Positions 42,685 to 53,003 of a stretch of DNA of 64,000 bases are shown piece after piece; the first letter of the stretch is position 1, and each line of letters opens with the position of its first letter. Position numbers and translations under genes: made by a program. The DNA is from Escherichia phage ECOH1. The notes beneath the pieces were generated by a model, which had not been told where the DNA came from, did not search any database, and saw nothing but the letters and a program-made list of their open reading frames with translations. The stretch is from sequence record ON540300.1. One strand, given 5' to 3'.

Positions 42685-42930
42685 TTGAGAGAGAATAAAA
42701 TGTTTAACAAAAGTAAAGCTGTGAGCCATGTAGCAAAAGTTGACAGCAAGATTGAAGAACTTGAGCGCATTCTTGCAAATGCCAGAGAGTCAATAATTAA
42801 AGAAGTTGAAGCTGTTGAATCTCAAATGCAGCACCTAATGCTTAAACGTCAAGAGTTACGTGAGCATCTGGAATATATTGAAACACGAGAGCTAAAAGTT
42901 AACAGATTTTTAAGGAGCCAAAATGTTTAA
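42685..42930 (+). CDS. hypothetical coiled-coil small protein
   Basis: 81-aa ORF. Confidence 0.4.
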   Translation: MRENKMFNKSKAVSHVAKVDSKIEELERILANARESIIKEVEAVESQMQHLMLKRQELREHLEYIETRELKVNRFLRSQNV

Positions 42931-43678
42931 CTCAAGAGAGTCAGTAAAAAACTGGAACCTTCGTTGTGGAAACACTCAAAAGCAACCTTACAGTGATGAG
43001 TATTGGGAATCTTTAAAATCTCAATCTCTGTGTATGCTTGAAGAAGCAAAAGAGCTTGTAAAAGCAATTGAAGAGAAAGACCCCATTGAGACACTGGATG
43101 CTCAGGCAGATTTGCAATATGTTCTTGATGGCTTGATTTATCTGTCACAACATGACCATAATGGCGCTATGAAAGCTGTTTGCCATAATAATGACCTGAA
43201 GTACACAGACGACTATGAAGAAGCTTTAAAACGTCTTGCAGATATTGAGAAGCGTACTGGTCAAGAGTGTATCATCAGAATGTCAGTAGTTGATGGTAAA
43301 GAATGGTATGCAATTGTTCGTGCAGCCGATGGGAAGATTATGAAGCAATCTAATCTCCCTAAAGTTCAGCTTGGTGAATACATTGTAGAACTTGAAAGCC
43401 AAGAACTTTTTGTGGTAGTATCTGACACATGCGTTATCTGCAAAGGTATTGTATGTAGCTTAAAGGATTTGGGTGTAGATGGTTTTGTAGAAGTTAATCC
43501 AATTACCTCTAAAGCAGATAAAGATTTCTGTAAAGAGAATGGACTATGGATTGCAGATATTGTCTACTATGATGGTGAGCAGTTCCATGTAACCTCATAC
43601 CCGAAACTGAATTATGATGCTAATAACCTGAAGTGCTGGTTAAAAGGGGTTGGTTATAATGGATTCACAGAACATTAA
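42923..43678 (+). CDS. hypothetical protein (possible MazG-like NTP pyrophosphohydrolase N-terminus)
   Basis: EE..E...D helix pattern LEEAKELVKAIEEKDPIETLDAQADLQYVLDG; weak. Confidence 0.35.
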   Translation: MFNSRESVKNWNLRCGNTQKQPYSDEYWESLKSQSLCMLEEAKELVKAIEEKDPIETLDAQADLQYVLDGLIYLSQHDHNGAMKAVCHNNDLKYTDDYEEALKRLADIEKRTGQECIIRMSVVDGKEWYAIVRAADGKIMKQSNLPKVQLGEYIVELESQELFVVVSDTCVICKGIVCSLKDLGVDGFVEVNPITSKADKDFCKENGLWIADIVYYDGEQFHVTSYPKLNYDANNLKCWLKGVGYNGFTEH

Positions 43679-43982
43679 TAAAGAAGGTGTGGCTCAGAAG
43701 AGCCACTTCTCAAACTACAATATTTCTATGACGGTGTTTATGAATGACCCGTTACTTGAGAAGTATGGTGAGACTCCAGATACACTTCTGGATAATGAAC
43801 AAGTTTTAAAAGCAGTCCTGTACAAATACGGGATTGATATTGAGAAAGAGTATTCTTTTGAAATCTGTCAACACAGGAATACTTTTGGTAAAGTTGTAAT
43901 GGCTCCACTCTTCATGGGTGTAGAAAGGACTGACTATGGTTGGTTATATCTAAAAAGAAACTTGGAGAAATACCGTGTCTAA
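43650..43982 (+). CDS. hypothetical protein
   Basis: 110-aa ORF. Confidence 0.4.
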   Translation: MVIMDSQNINKEGVAQKSHFSNYNISMTVFMNDPLLEKYGETPDTLLDNEQVLKAVLYKYGIDIEKEYSFEICQHRNTFGKVVMAPLFMGVERTDYGWLYLKRNLEKYRV

Positions 43983-44310
43983 AGCAAAAAAGTTATCTTA
44001 TGATGACATTATCTCAGGTGCTAAATTAGGTGTTGATAGTATCGGACAAGATGTTAAGCACGGAGACACAGTTATGTACTGTGACGACCGAAGAGGCAGA
44101 AGTCCAATCTTGTTTGGAAGAGTTGTTTGCAAGATGCGAGGTAATTATGTTGTTTCAGATATGGATGTCAACGTCGCACAAAAGCTCAAAACAATCATGG
44201 ATAGCAAGATTTCATCATGGCTCTTAAATTGTATGCACGCATCGTCAATCACAAAGGTAAGTGATAAGTTTTACGATATGTGGCAGAATGAGCAAATTTT
44301 CAAGATTTAA
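43975..44310 (+). CDS. hypothetical protein
   Basis: 111-aa ORF. Confidence 0.4.
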   Translation: MSKAKKLSYDDIISGAKLGVDSIGQDVKHGDTVMYCDDRRGRSPILFGRVVCKMRGNYVVSDMDVNVAQKLKTIMDSKISSWLLNCMHASSITKVSDKFYDMWQNEQIFKI

Positions 44311-44316
44311 ACTAGG

Positions 44317-44338
44317 GAGCCTCTTCGGAGGCTCTTTT
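44317..44338 (+). terminator. intrinsic terminator
   Basis: gagcctc-ttcg-gaggctc followed by T4. Confidence 0.6.
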
Positions 44339-44356
44339 CATCTGTAGGATTTAAAA

Positions 44357-46591
44357 ATGATTAAGACAATTAAAAAATCAAACGGTACAGTAGTAAGCTT
44401 TGACCCAGAAAGACTGAATAAATGGGCATCATGGGCAGATAAGCGTGGAATTATCTGGTCAGAAGTCACTATGGAAGCTATGAAACGTGTCTATGAAGGT
44501 TGCACCACAAAAGAGATGCACCAAGCCATGATTGATGTTTGTGTTGATAAGCAAACTCAAGAGTACTCAGATATGGCTGGACGGCTACTTCTGGGAATTA
44601 TCTACAAAGAAGCCTTTGGAGGTTTTACTAAGGTTCCTACGCTGGTTACCTTCGTTAAAAATATGGAGAGAGCAGGACTTTGGGAGAAGATGGATTATTC
44701 ACAGGAAGAGCTTGAATACCTGCAAGGTTACATCGTGCACTCAAAAGATATCTCTTACGGTTATGCAGTCTTGAAACAGTTCAGAGACAAGTATGGTATC
44801 CGTGATATTAAAACTGGAAGGCTTTTTGAGTCACCTCAATTTATGTTTATGGGTATGGCTATGAAAGCCTTTGAGAAGCAACCAAAGCACCGTAGACTGC
44901 AAGATGTTATCAAGCTGTACACTTACCTATCTGACCTGAAGATTAACGCTCCTACGCCTTATTTAAACGGTTTAAGAGCAACTAAATCAGGCTATGCGTC
45001 ATGCTGTTTGATTAAGGCAAATGATACTGCTGAATCACTTGGTATTGCTGCAAAGGTTGCTTATGACATGACTACAAAGCAAGCTGGTATTGGTATGTTG
45101 ATGGAGACTCGCACTATTGGTGATGGTATCCGTCAAAATACTATTGAGCACATGGGTAAGCTACCTTATTACAAGCTTGTACGTTCATCTGTAGAGGCAA
45201 ACAAACAGAAGAGTCGTGGTGGTTCAGCTAATAACTTCTACACTGCTCTAGACCCGCAGATTGAAGATTTACTGCGTTTGAAGCACCCTACAACGGTTCC
45301 TTCTAAACGTATTAATGAGATGGACTACTCATTCGGTACAAACGATTATTTCTGGCAGTGTGTTCAGTATGATACAGATTGGTTGCTATTCTCTTACAAA
45401 GATGCACCAAAACTCTATGACATGTTCTACACAGCATCTGCTGATGAGTTTGCTATGGCAGTTGGTCATGCAGTACATTCAGGTGTTAAACACAGACGAG
45501 TCAAGGCTCGTGAAATTGCTAAGCTGTTTATTCAACAGCGTTATGCTACAGGTCGTGTGTATCCATTCTTCACTAACAATGCAAACACACATACACCATT
45601 TAAAGAGCCTTTGAAGATGTCAAATCTTTGCATGGAAATTGTGTTGCCAGTGTACGGCTTTGAGAAAGAGACAGACCTTTACAGAGACGATGCTGTGAAG
45701 GAGGATGGTGAGGTAGCTCTTTGCTTCCTAGCTAGTTTGGTTGCAGGGAGAATTTCAGAAGATGAATACGCTGACGTTGCTTATTATGCTCTTGCAATGG
45801 TTGACTCCGTTATTGACCTTATGGATTATCCGTATCCGTCGATGCGTAACCATGTTCAGAAGCGTCGCTCTGTTGGCATTGGCCTTACAAATGTGGCTCA
45901 TTACCTTGCGAAGAACTACGTGAACTACTCTTCACGAGCAGGTAAAACGAAACTTCATGAACTTGCAGAGATGCACTCTTACTATCTGCATGAAGCCTCT
46001 CTGAGACTTGCTAAAGAGCGTGGCGTTCCAGAGTACATGAAGTTCACTAAGTATCCTGAAGGCTGGGTTCCTCCAAAGACAGCTAACAAGAAGATTGATG
46101 AAAAGCATGATGCAAAACTACGATATGATTGGGATGACTTAGCACAACGTATCAAAGAAAATGGTGGAATCCGAAACTCTGTATTAGAAGCTTACATGCC
46201 TAATGAGAGTTCTTCACTAGCAACTAATACGACAAATGGCTTGTACCCAATTCGTGACTTTATTTTAACTAAAAAGTCTGCAACTGGTAACGTACTGTTT
46301 ATTGTTCCAGATTATGAAGAACTGAAGTATGTCTATGAAATTGCTTGGGATATTGACACCTTTGATATGATTGATTGTTATGCAATTGTTCAAAAGTTCA
46401 CTGGTCAGGCTATCTCTTCAGACTTCTATGTTGACTATGCAAAGTCTAAGAAGGTATCATTGGCTCAAGCTTTGAAGTACATGATTTATGCCAACTCGGT
46501 AGGTATGAAAACCATGTACTACCTTAACAGTCGCATTGGTGTAGGTAAATCTGCACTGCAAGATGCTTATTGCGAGGGTTGTGGTGTTTAG
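44357..46591 (+). CDS. nrdA: ribonucleotide reductase class I large subunit
   Basis: 744 aa; active-site motif SNLCMEI; C-terminal Cys pair CEGCG. Confidence 0.8.
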   Translation: MIKTIKKSNGTVVSFDPERLNKWASWADKRGIIWSEVTMEAMKRVYEGCTTKEMHQAMIDVCVDKQTQEYSDMAGRLLLGIIYKEAFGGFTKVPTLVTFVKNMERAGLWEKMDYSQEELEYLQGYIVHSKDISYGYAVLKQFRDKYGIRDIKTGRLFESPQFMFMGMAMKAFEKQPKHRRLQDVIKLYTYLSDLKINAPTPYLNGLRATKSGYASCCLIKANDTAESLGIAAKVAYDMTTKQAGIGMLMETRTIGDGIRQNTIEHMGKLPYYKLVRSSVEANKQKSRGGSANNFYTALDPQIEDLLRLKHPTTVPSKRINEMDYSFGTNDYFWQCVQYDTDWLLFSYKDAPKLYDMFYTASADEFAMAVGHAVHSGVKHRRVKAREIAKLFIQQRYATGRVYPFFTNNANTHTPFKEPLKMSNLCMEIVLPVYGFEKETDLYRDDAVKEDGEVALCFLASLVAGRISEDEYADVAYYALAMVDSVIDLMDYPYPSMRNHVQKRRSVGIGLTNVAHYLAKNYVNYSSRAGKTKLHELAEMHSYYLHEASLRLAKERGVPEYMKFTKYPEGWVPPKTANKKIDEKHDAKLRYDWDDLAQRIKENGGIRNSVLEAYMPNESSSLATNTTNGLYPIRDFILTKKSATGNVLFIVPDYEELKYVYEIAWDIDTFDMIDCYAIVQKFTGQAISSDFYVDYAKSKKVSLAQALKYMIYANSVGMKTMYYLNSRIGVGKSALQDAYCEGCGV

Positions 46592-46646
46592 TTTTAACAA
46601 CTATGAGGGTCGTAAAAGACCCTCTAAAAATAACTTTGGAGAGACC

Positions 46647-46904
46647 ATGAAAGATTTAATAGAAAAACATGAGCGACCTATATACTTGCTCCATAAGCCT
46701 CGGAAAACGATGTACTATGTGAGTAGCACAGACATGATGATAAAACAAAATGATGACTCATGGGTCGATGGCGTCTCTTACATCTTTACAGCAGATGGTA
46801 AAATCTACGCAAGACCTTATGAGATGTTTAACAAAGAAAACTGGGAAGTTTTAGACAGAAAACAAGCCCTAGAAATGATAAAGAAAGGAGAAATCACGCT
46901 ATGA
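46647..46904 (+). CDS. hypothetical protein between nrdA and nrdB
   Basis: ATG 46647 with RBS ggagag (track start 46563 overlaps nrdA). Confidence 0.4.
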   Translation: MKDLIEKHERPIYLLHKPRKTMYYVSSTDMMIKQNDDSWVDGVSYIFTADGKIYARPYEMFNKENWEVLDRKQALEMIKKGEITL

Positions 46905-47974
46905 TTAACCAGCACCCAATCTTTTTAGGTGGTGAGAGAAAAACTTTTGACTCACTTAATAAACACTACCCAAAAATCTTTGAACTTTATAAACAACAAA
47001 AAGCACAAGACTGGTCAGAAGATGAGTTCCCTTTTGAACAATCACGTCTTGATTTTGAGAGTGTCCCAGCATCAATGTCAGGTGTAATGCTTGAGATTCT
47101 TAAGTGGCAGTGGGAAGCAGATACCCAAGTTGCTAAGAGCTTGGCATTTGCCTTTGCACCCTTTATCTCTGATGACATCTATGCAACTGCAATTATGAAG
47201 CAGTCTGAGATTGAAAACCTACATGCTCTTACTTACTCAGAGATTGTAAGGCAATGTATTAAAAACCCTGAAACCATCTTAGATGAGATTAACCAGAATG
47301 TTGCTGTGCAAGACCGATTAAAAACTGTGAATCGTGTTCTTGAAGAATTACTGGATGAAGGTATAAACTACCGTCTGAGTTATGTGCGTGATTCACTTCT
47401 GGACAAAGACCCTTTACACTTCCATAAAGTGATTCTGAAAGGTCTATTTGCAGTGACTGCACTGGAAGGTATATCTTTTATGGCATCCTTTGCATGTACT
47501 TTTGCACTTGATGCTCAAGATAAATTTCAGGGTATTGCTCAAGCTGTCCAGAAAATTATGCTTGACGAAATCCTTCACACTAAAATTGATATTGAAGTTT
47601 TAAAAGAAACTTTAAGAGATGATGAGTGGCAGAAAGCTTTTCAACAAATTCTTCCAGAGATTAAAGTAATCTTAGATGAAGTAGTTGAAAGTGAAGAGAA
47701 ATGGTCGTATTATATCTTCTCCGAAGGACGTGCTGTAGTTGGCCTAAATACAAAGCTTCTTCATGAGTGGGTTTACTATAATGCTGCCCCACTGTATGAT
47801 ATGTTTGGCATTCAAAGAGATTTTGTAGCTCCTAAAGAACCACCTTTGAAATATATGATTAAGAAGATGGAAATTGATAAAGAGCAGAATGCTAATCAGG
47901 AGCAACAGAATGGCGCGTACCTATTGAATACTGTTGTAGATGATTTGAATAGTGGATTTTTAGAGGTTCCTTAA
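46901..47974 (+). CDS. nrdB: ribonucleotide reductase class I small subunit (putative)
   Basis: 357-aa ORF coupled downstream of nrdA; size and context. Confidence 0.6.
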   Translation: MINQHPIFLGGERKTFDSLNKHYPKIFELYKQQKAQDWSEDEFPFEQSRLDFESVPASMSGVMLEILKWQWEADTQVAKSLAFAFAPFISDDIYATAIMKQSEIENLHALTYSEIVRQCIKNPETILDEINQNVAVQDRLKTVNRVLEELLDEGINYRLSYVRDSLLDKDPLHFHKVILKGLFAVTALEGISFMASFACTFALDAQDKFQGIAQAVQKIMLDEILHTKIDIEVLKETLRDDEWQKAFQQILPEIKVILDEVVESEEKWSYYIFSEGRAVVGLNTKLLHEWVYYNAAPLYDMFGIQRDFVAPKEPPLKYMIKKMEIDKEQNANQEQQNGAYLLNTVVDDLNSGFLEVP

Positions 47975-48216
47975 TGACTTATGTAATTTACTCCAAAGCT
48001 GGATGCCCTCAGTGTGAGACTGCAAAGAATTTTGCAAAAGCTCGTGGTATTGGCCATGTTGTGAGAATGTTAGGGCAGGATTATGAACTATCAGACCTGA
48101 TGGAGATTGCACAGATGCCAGTTCGTCAGATGCCATTCATCATGAAAACTGATGGACAAAACCTAAAACCTGTTGGGACGCTACAGAATTTTATGGCAGA
48201 GGTGAATAATGCTTAA
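47974..48216 (+). CDS. glutaredoxin-like protein (NrdH-like)
   Basis: 80 aa with CxxC motif YSKAGCPQCETAK; context in nrd cluster. Confidence 0.55.
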   Translation: MTYVIYSKAGCPQCETAKNFAKARGIGHVVRMLGQDYELSDLMEIAQMPVRQMPFIMKTDGQNLKPVGTLQNFMAEVNNA

Positions 48217-48415
48217 ACGCATTTGGGAAGGTTTGGTTGTTGATGCACCAGCTATTGTGATTGGTATGCTTATTGTTAACCTATTTACTGACTTTGAACA
48301 AGGTTCATTGTTTGGAGCCATGTTACTATGGGTTATCTTTGAAATATTAGAGATACAGTTAGGTATCACTGAAAAACTAAGAAAACTCTTTGTGAAGTTT
48401 TCTAAAAAGATTTAA
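48209..48415 (+). CDS. small membrane protein
   Basis: 68-aa hydrophobic ORF. Confidence 0.4.
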   Translation: MLKRIWEGLVVDAPAIVIGMLIVNLFTDFEQGSLFGAMLLWVIFEILEIQLGITEKLRKLFVKFSKKI

Positions 48416-48422
48416 AATGAAA

Positions 48423-48444
48423 GGGTCTCTTCGGAGACCTTTTT
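48423..48444 (+). terminator. intrinsic terminator
   Basis: ggtctc-ttcg-gagacc followed by T5. Confidence 0.6.
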
Positions 48445-48463
48445 AGCATGTAAAGGGGCAATA

Positions 48464-49660
48464 ATGAACAAAGTACAGATTATTAAAAAGAGTGGCTCAC
48501 TCGAAGAACCTGATATCAAAAAAGTTTTAGCAGCAGTCACAAAGTCAGCTAATAGGGTTGGTTATAAAGAGCTTCCACCAGATGTTACTCAAGCTCTTGA
48601 GTCAGCATTTATGAGGATTCTGGTAAAATCTACTAAGCAGAATAATTTACTCGTTTCAGTAAATGATATTCACAGTATTGTTGAGGGTGCTTTGGCAGAA
48701 GTCAATCACGAGATTTATGAGTCTTACTCAACATATAGAAATTACCGTAAAGAAGTTGCTCAAAATTGGGATGAACTTTACCAGAAGACCAAAGATACAC
48801 TCTTCTTAGGTGACAGAGAGAATGCTAACTTTGACAGCAGTTTAATTTCTACAAAAGGTTCAATTATTCGTGGTTATCTGACTAAAGAAATCTTTAAACA
48901 GTACCATTTAACACCAGAGGAACTTGAAGCCATTGAAAAAGGGTTTATCTATATCCATGATTTAAGAGACCTAATTTTTGGTGGTATCAACTGTTGCCTG
49001 TTTGACATTGGTAAAGTCCTGAAAGGTGGCTTTGAAATGTCTGGCATCGAATATTGTGAACCAAAGTCTGTACTGTCAGCCTTACAGGTTATTGGTGATG
49101 TAGTTCTTTCAGCAACTGCACAGCAATTTGGTGGCTTTACTTTAGCAGAGATTGATAAGGTACTTGTACCGTATGCTAAGAAGTCTCTACGCTATCATGC
49201 TGAGAAAGCAGCATCTTATGGTATTCCTAAAGAACATTACCACAATTATGTCATGGAGCAGCTACAGATTGAATTAACTCAAGGCTTCCAGTCACTAGAG
49301 ATGAAACTGAATACTGTACCATGTAGTCGTGGGGATTTTGCATTCACAACTTTGACATTCGGGTTACTTGACTCAGATATGTCCAATGAAGATAACCGAC
49401 TGCAATACATGATTGCAAGTACTCTCCTAGATGTTCGTATGAATGGACAAGGCAAGAGCAAGAAACCTGTTGTATTCCCTAAACTGGTTTATATCTATGA
49501 CCAGAAGAGACATAATGAGAATATCTGTCAAGGCCAACTGTACAGCAAAGCTATTGAGTGTTGCTCTAAAGCGATGTATCCAGATTTTTTAAGTGTATCT
49601 GGTCATGGTGCTGTAGCAGAGGCTTTTGAGCGTTCTGGTAAGGTAATTTCACCGATGGGT
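48464..49660 (+). CDS. nrdD: anaerobic ribonucleotide reductase NrdD, exon 1
   Basis: ORF ends at a TAA that lies at the start of the intron; proposed exon end ...VISPMG. Confidence 0.7.
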
Positions 49661-49975
49661 TAACAAGCTCTATAGCTCATCTAAAACGTGCCTAAACAGG
49701 GAAACTCTACAGGTGTAGACAATCCTGTGCTAAATGATGTACGATGTAAGAAACTATATAACATAGGAGTCTTACATGCCAAATAACTTCGAACATGAAT
49801 TTGAATACATCTAAATGCCGAACGACTAACCGTGATGAATGTAGCGGTGTAGGGTCAAGCGACTCGAAATGGTACGCTACTTAGAAATAAGTAGAAGATA
49901 TAGTCTGGACTTACTGGCGACAGTAAGCAGCTTGAATAAAGCGGGTAAGCTTAGCGAACTTACCTGAACAACAAG
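49661..49975 (+). mobile_element. group I self-splicing intron (IA2-like core), ORF-less, interrupting nrdD
   Basis: 315 nt (multiple of 3); core elements ctaaacagggaaactctacaggtgtagacaatcctgtgctaaat, aaatgccgaacgactaaccg, gtagggtcaagcgactcgaaa, agatatagtctgg, terminal ctgaacaacaag ending in G; exon 1 ends in U; these match group I core elements of T4 td-type introns as recalled from memory. Confidence 0.7.
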
Positions 49976-50923
49976 TGTAGAGCATTTTTATCACCATACC
50001 ATAACGAATATGGTGAAGAGTTTTATGTAGGTCGTGCAAACATTGGTGCTGTATCATTGAACTTACCAATGATTTACCAGTATTCTAAAGAGAATGGTTT
50101 AGATTTCTGGAAAGAGCTTGATAAGTACCTAGAGATGATTCGTAGTTTCCATAAGAAACGCTATGAAATGATTGCCAATATGCCAGCAAGTTCTAACCCT
50201 CTTGCATTTACACAAGGTGGTCTGTACAAAGGAACTAAGAAGCCTACTGACAGGGTTGGTTGGGATATTGTGAAGTCCTTCACAGCTTCTTTTGGGGTTA
50301 CTGCGCTTGATGAGCTATCTGTTCTTGCTGAAGGTAAACGACTTCATGAAGTTGGAAGCTGTAGTTTTGCATACGATGTTCTGGAATACATCAACATGAA
50401 AACTGAAGAGTTTAAAAATGAAGATGGCTTCTTATATGCAGTTTATGGCACTCCAGCAGAATCACTTTGTGGAACTCAGCTAAAACAGTTCAGAGATATG
50501 TTTGGTGTTATCAAAGGTGTTTCTGATAAGGAATACTTTACAAACAGTTTCCATATGAATGTTGCAGCAGATATTACACCATTTGAGAAGCAGGACTTAG
50601 AAGAACCTTTCTTCCATATCTGTAGAGGTGGTAGAATCCAGTATGTCAGAGTAGCTAACCCAGAAAACTTACCAGCACTTAAAAGTTGTATTACAAGAGG
50701 GATGTTGAAAGGTTTCTATCAGGGACTTAACTTTGACCTAGCAATCTGTGAACATTGTGGTAACAGACCAAAGGCTGATGTTGAAGAATGTGAGGTTTGC
50801 CATTCACACGATATCTCTGTGATTAACAGGGTGTGCGGGTACTTGTCATTCACAAAAATTAAAGGTCAGTCTCGAATGAATGACGCTAAGATGGCAGAAA
50901 TTAAGGATAGGGTTTCTATGTAA
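49976..50923 (+). CDS. nrdD: anaerobic ribonucleotide reductase NrdD, exon 2
   Basis: Same frame as exon 1; begins CRAFLSPYHNEYG; contains CxxC zinc-ribbon cysteines and glycyl-radical motif RVCGYL near C-terminus. Confidence 0.75.
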   Translation, partial: CRAFLSPYHNEYGEEFYVGRANIGAVSLNLPMIYQYSKENGLDFWKELDKYLEMIRSFHKKRYEMIANMPASSNPLAFTQGGLYKGTKKPTDRVGWDIVKSFTASFGVTALDELSVLAEGKRLHEVGSCSFAYDVLEYINMKTEEFKNEDGFLYAVYGTPAESLCGTQLKQFRDMFGVIKGVSDKEYFTNSFHMNVAADITPFEKQDLEEPFFHICRGGRIQYVRVANPENLPALKSCITRGMLKGFYQGLNFDLAICEHCGNRPKADVEECEVCHSHDISVINRVCGYLSFTKIKGQSRMNDAKMAEIKDRVSM

Positions 50924-50933
50924 AACTTGACAT

Positions 50934-50970
50934 GGTGGTGTGAGTCTTGATAGGCTTGCATCACCTTTTT
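50934..50970 (+). terminator. intrinsic terminator-like hairpin
   Basis: ggtggtg-loop-catcacc followed by T5. Confidence 0.45.
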
Positions 50971-50985
50971 ATTTGGAGTTACATT

Positions 50986-51321
50986 ATGGACTTGTGGCTT
51001 TATGTAGCAGTTTGTGGGATTGTATGTCTGATAATCTTATTTATTCTTGGAGTAATGCGATTTAGAGACATCATACAGTCAGATTTTTTGCCTGAGTTTG
51101 CCATGATAGTTGGGGTTATTACCCTTTGTGTCTTGGCAGTGTTCTATTCATACAAAACTGTGATATGGATGGAGGCAAACAATTGTGTAAAAACTCATCA
51201 GCATCGTGAGGTTACTCATTTTGTGAGTGTACTTAGTGGTAGCACCACTATACTTGTCCCACAAACTTCTGTAGAGTATCTTTACACATGTGATAATGGT
51301 AAAACTATATGGTGGAATTAA
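50986..51321 (+). CDS. membrane protein
   Basis: ATG 50986 with RBS ggag; multiple hydrophobic segments. Confidence 0.45.
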   Translation: MDLWLYVAVCGIVCLIILFILGVMRFRDIIQSDFLPEFAMIVGVITLCVLAVFYSYKTVIWMEANNCVKTHQHREVTHFVSVLSGSTTILVPQTSVEYLYTCDNGKTIWWN

Positions 51322-51524
51322 CAATGACAACACTCTTAAAAGTATTGATGCCCATACTACATATAGCAGTCTTCTTCTTTGGTATTAGTGTTATGGTATG
51401 GGGCTTTTCAGACCCACAATGGAGTTTTTCATATCATGGTCAGATGGACTTATGGTCATGCTTCAAACCATTTTTAGGGTTAGCTATAGCATTCAGTGCA
51501 TTACCAACTAAGGTGAAATTATGA
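51309..51524 (+). CDS. small membrane protein
   Basis: 71-aa hydrophobic ORF. Confidence 0.4.
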   Translation: MVELTMTTLLKVLMPILHIAVFFFGISVMVWGFSDPQWSFSYHGQMDLWSCFKPFLGLAIAFSALPTKVKL

Positions 51525-51916
51525 TTAAGTTGAACCAAAAACAGCTAGAGTGGATTAAAGACTACGCCTCAGAGTGTGGCTCTTGTGAAAAGAACCACCT
51601 AAGATACTCAACATTCCATACGACCTTCACATTGTATATTGGTGACAATGTTCTAAGTGACTCCGTAGAAGATAATGTAGCATTACCTAATGAGTTGCTT
51701 GACAAATTAGCTGTAGTCACTGGAACTTGGTCTGAAGAAGACGGTCATGAATTATCTAACGATGTTGTCTTCTACAGTCTTGAAAACATTATGAATCCAG
51801 AGTACATTATGTTAATGACTTGTGCACAAGACTGTGTGCCATTACAAAACTTCATTAAAGAACACTGTGAAGAGTTTATTACTAAACAGGTTCCTTGTCA
51901 GGTGGTGTTTGAATGA
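51521..51916 (+). CDS. hypothetical protein
   Basis: 131-aa Cys-containing ORF. Confidence 0.4.
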   Translation: MIKLNQKQLEWIKDYASECGSCEKNHLRYSTFHTTFTLYIGDNVLSDSVEDNVALPNELLDKLAVVTGTWSEEDGHELSNDVVFYSLENIMNPEYIMLMTCAQDCVPLQNFIKEHCEEFITKQVPCQVVFE

Positions 51917-51951
51917 GTAAAAGGCTTAAATAATATTGGTGAGGTAACTAG

Positions 51952-52437
51952 ATGAATTACATGGAGATTAGACCATTTGACACAGCTAATGGTGAAGGGG
52001 TTCGTGTAAGCCTCTTCGTAGCTGGCTGCAAACATCACTGTGAAGGCTGCTTTAACAGGGAGTCTTGGAAATTTAATGCTGGTAAAGAGTTTACTTATGC
52101 AAACCTCTACGGCATCATTAAGTTAATGGATGATAATGCTATCAGTGGACTGTCAATACTTGGTGGGGAGCCTCTGGATGACAGAAACATTCAAGAGGTC
52201 ACTAATATATGCAAGCATATTAAAACCGTTTATCCAGAGAAGTCTATCTGGCTCTGGACAGGTTTTCAGTTACACGAAAAAATTCACCTAGATGTGATGA
52301 AATACGTTGACGTGGTGATTGATGGTAAGTATGATTCATCTAAACCAACAGTTAAGCCGTATCGTGGTTCTGATAACCAAAACCTCTGGAGAAAAGAGTA
52401 TGGGTGGCAAGGTGACTGTCAGTGGAGAGCCGAGTAA
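51952..52437 (+). CDS. nrdG: anaerobic ribonucleotide reductase activating protein (radical SAM)
   Basis: CxxxCxxC motif CKHHCEGCF; size 161 aa; nrdD context. Confidence 0.7.
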   Translation: MNYMEIRPFDTANGEGVRVSLFVAGCKHHCEGCFNRESWKFNAGKEFTYANLYGIIKLMDDNAISGLSILGGEPLDDRNIQEVTNICKHIKTVYPEKSIWLWTGFQLHEKIHLDVMKYVDVVIDGKYDSSKPTVKPYRGSDNQNLWRKEYGWQGDCQWRAE

Positions 52438-52474
52438 GTCTCGTCGTAAAGTGGGTTACAGAAAAGGTGAGATA

Positions 52475-52777
52475 ATGGTTCTTTCTTTTAACAGTGCTTT
52501 ATTGGGTACTTATAAAATTAAGACCGAGCTACTTGATGAATGGAGAAAGTATACAAACTCCCTTTTCGGTAATGTTGGAATGGAAGCCTTAGCAGAGATT
52601 GAGAAGGCTGGAACATTTGAAGTTGTTGGTAAAGGTAACTACACAATGTTCTACAAAACAAATTTAAACGTTGGTGACAGTATTGTTGGTGTCACTGAAG
52701 AAGAACTTAAAACATTTTGTGAAAAGATTGAGAGAGATGCGAAATGGGACTCTGGAACAGTTTTAAATCAAAAGTAA
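52475..52777 (+). CDS. hypothetical protein
   Basis: ATG 52475 with RBS aaaggtgag (track start 52319 overlaps nrdG). Confidence 0.4.
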   Translation: MVLSFNSALLGTYKIKTELLDEWRKYTNSLFGNVGMEALAEIEKAGTFEVVGKGNYTMFYKTNLNVGDSIVGVTEEELKTFCEKIERDAKWDSGTVLNQK

Positions 52778-53001
52778 AAGCAGCACTAGCATCATTAGGC
52801 ATACTCACTGGCATTGATGTGACTCATCTTATGCAGAACTTTAAGATGGATGAGAAGCTGGCTAATGAGATTATGAAAAGTATCTATGTAGGCCGTGGCA
52901 AAGGTGGTAAGAAACAAGCCCACCGTCCGTCTGGTGCAGCAGCTATTAAACGAGCAGCTAAGAAAGCTCGTAACCGTAAACGTAATAAGAAGGCTAAATA
53001 A
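52744..53001 (+). CDS. hypothetical protein with basic C-terminus
   Basis: 85-aa ORF. Confidence 0.35.
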   Translation: MGLWNSFKSKVKAALASLGILTGIDVTHLMQNFKMDEKLANEIMKSIYVGRGKGGKKQAHRPSGAAAIKRAAKKARNRKRNKKAK

Positions 53002-53003
53002 TC

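Noticed and set aside
52319-52474. Long 5' extension of ORF 52475..52777 from the track start at 52319
   Set aside because: It overlaps the 3' end of nrdG in another frame; the internal ATG at 52475 has a good RBS.
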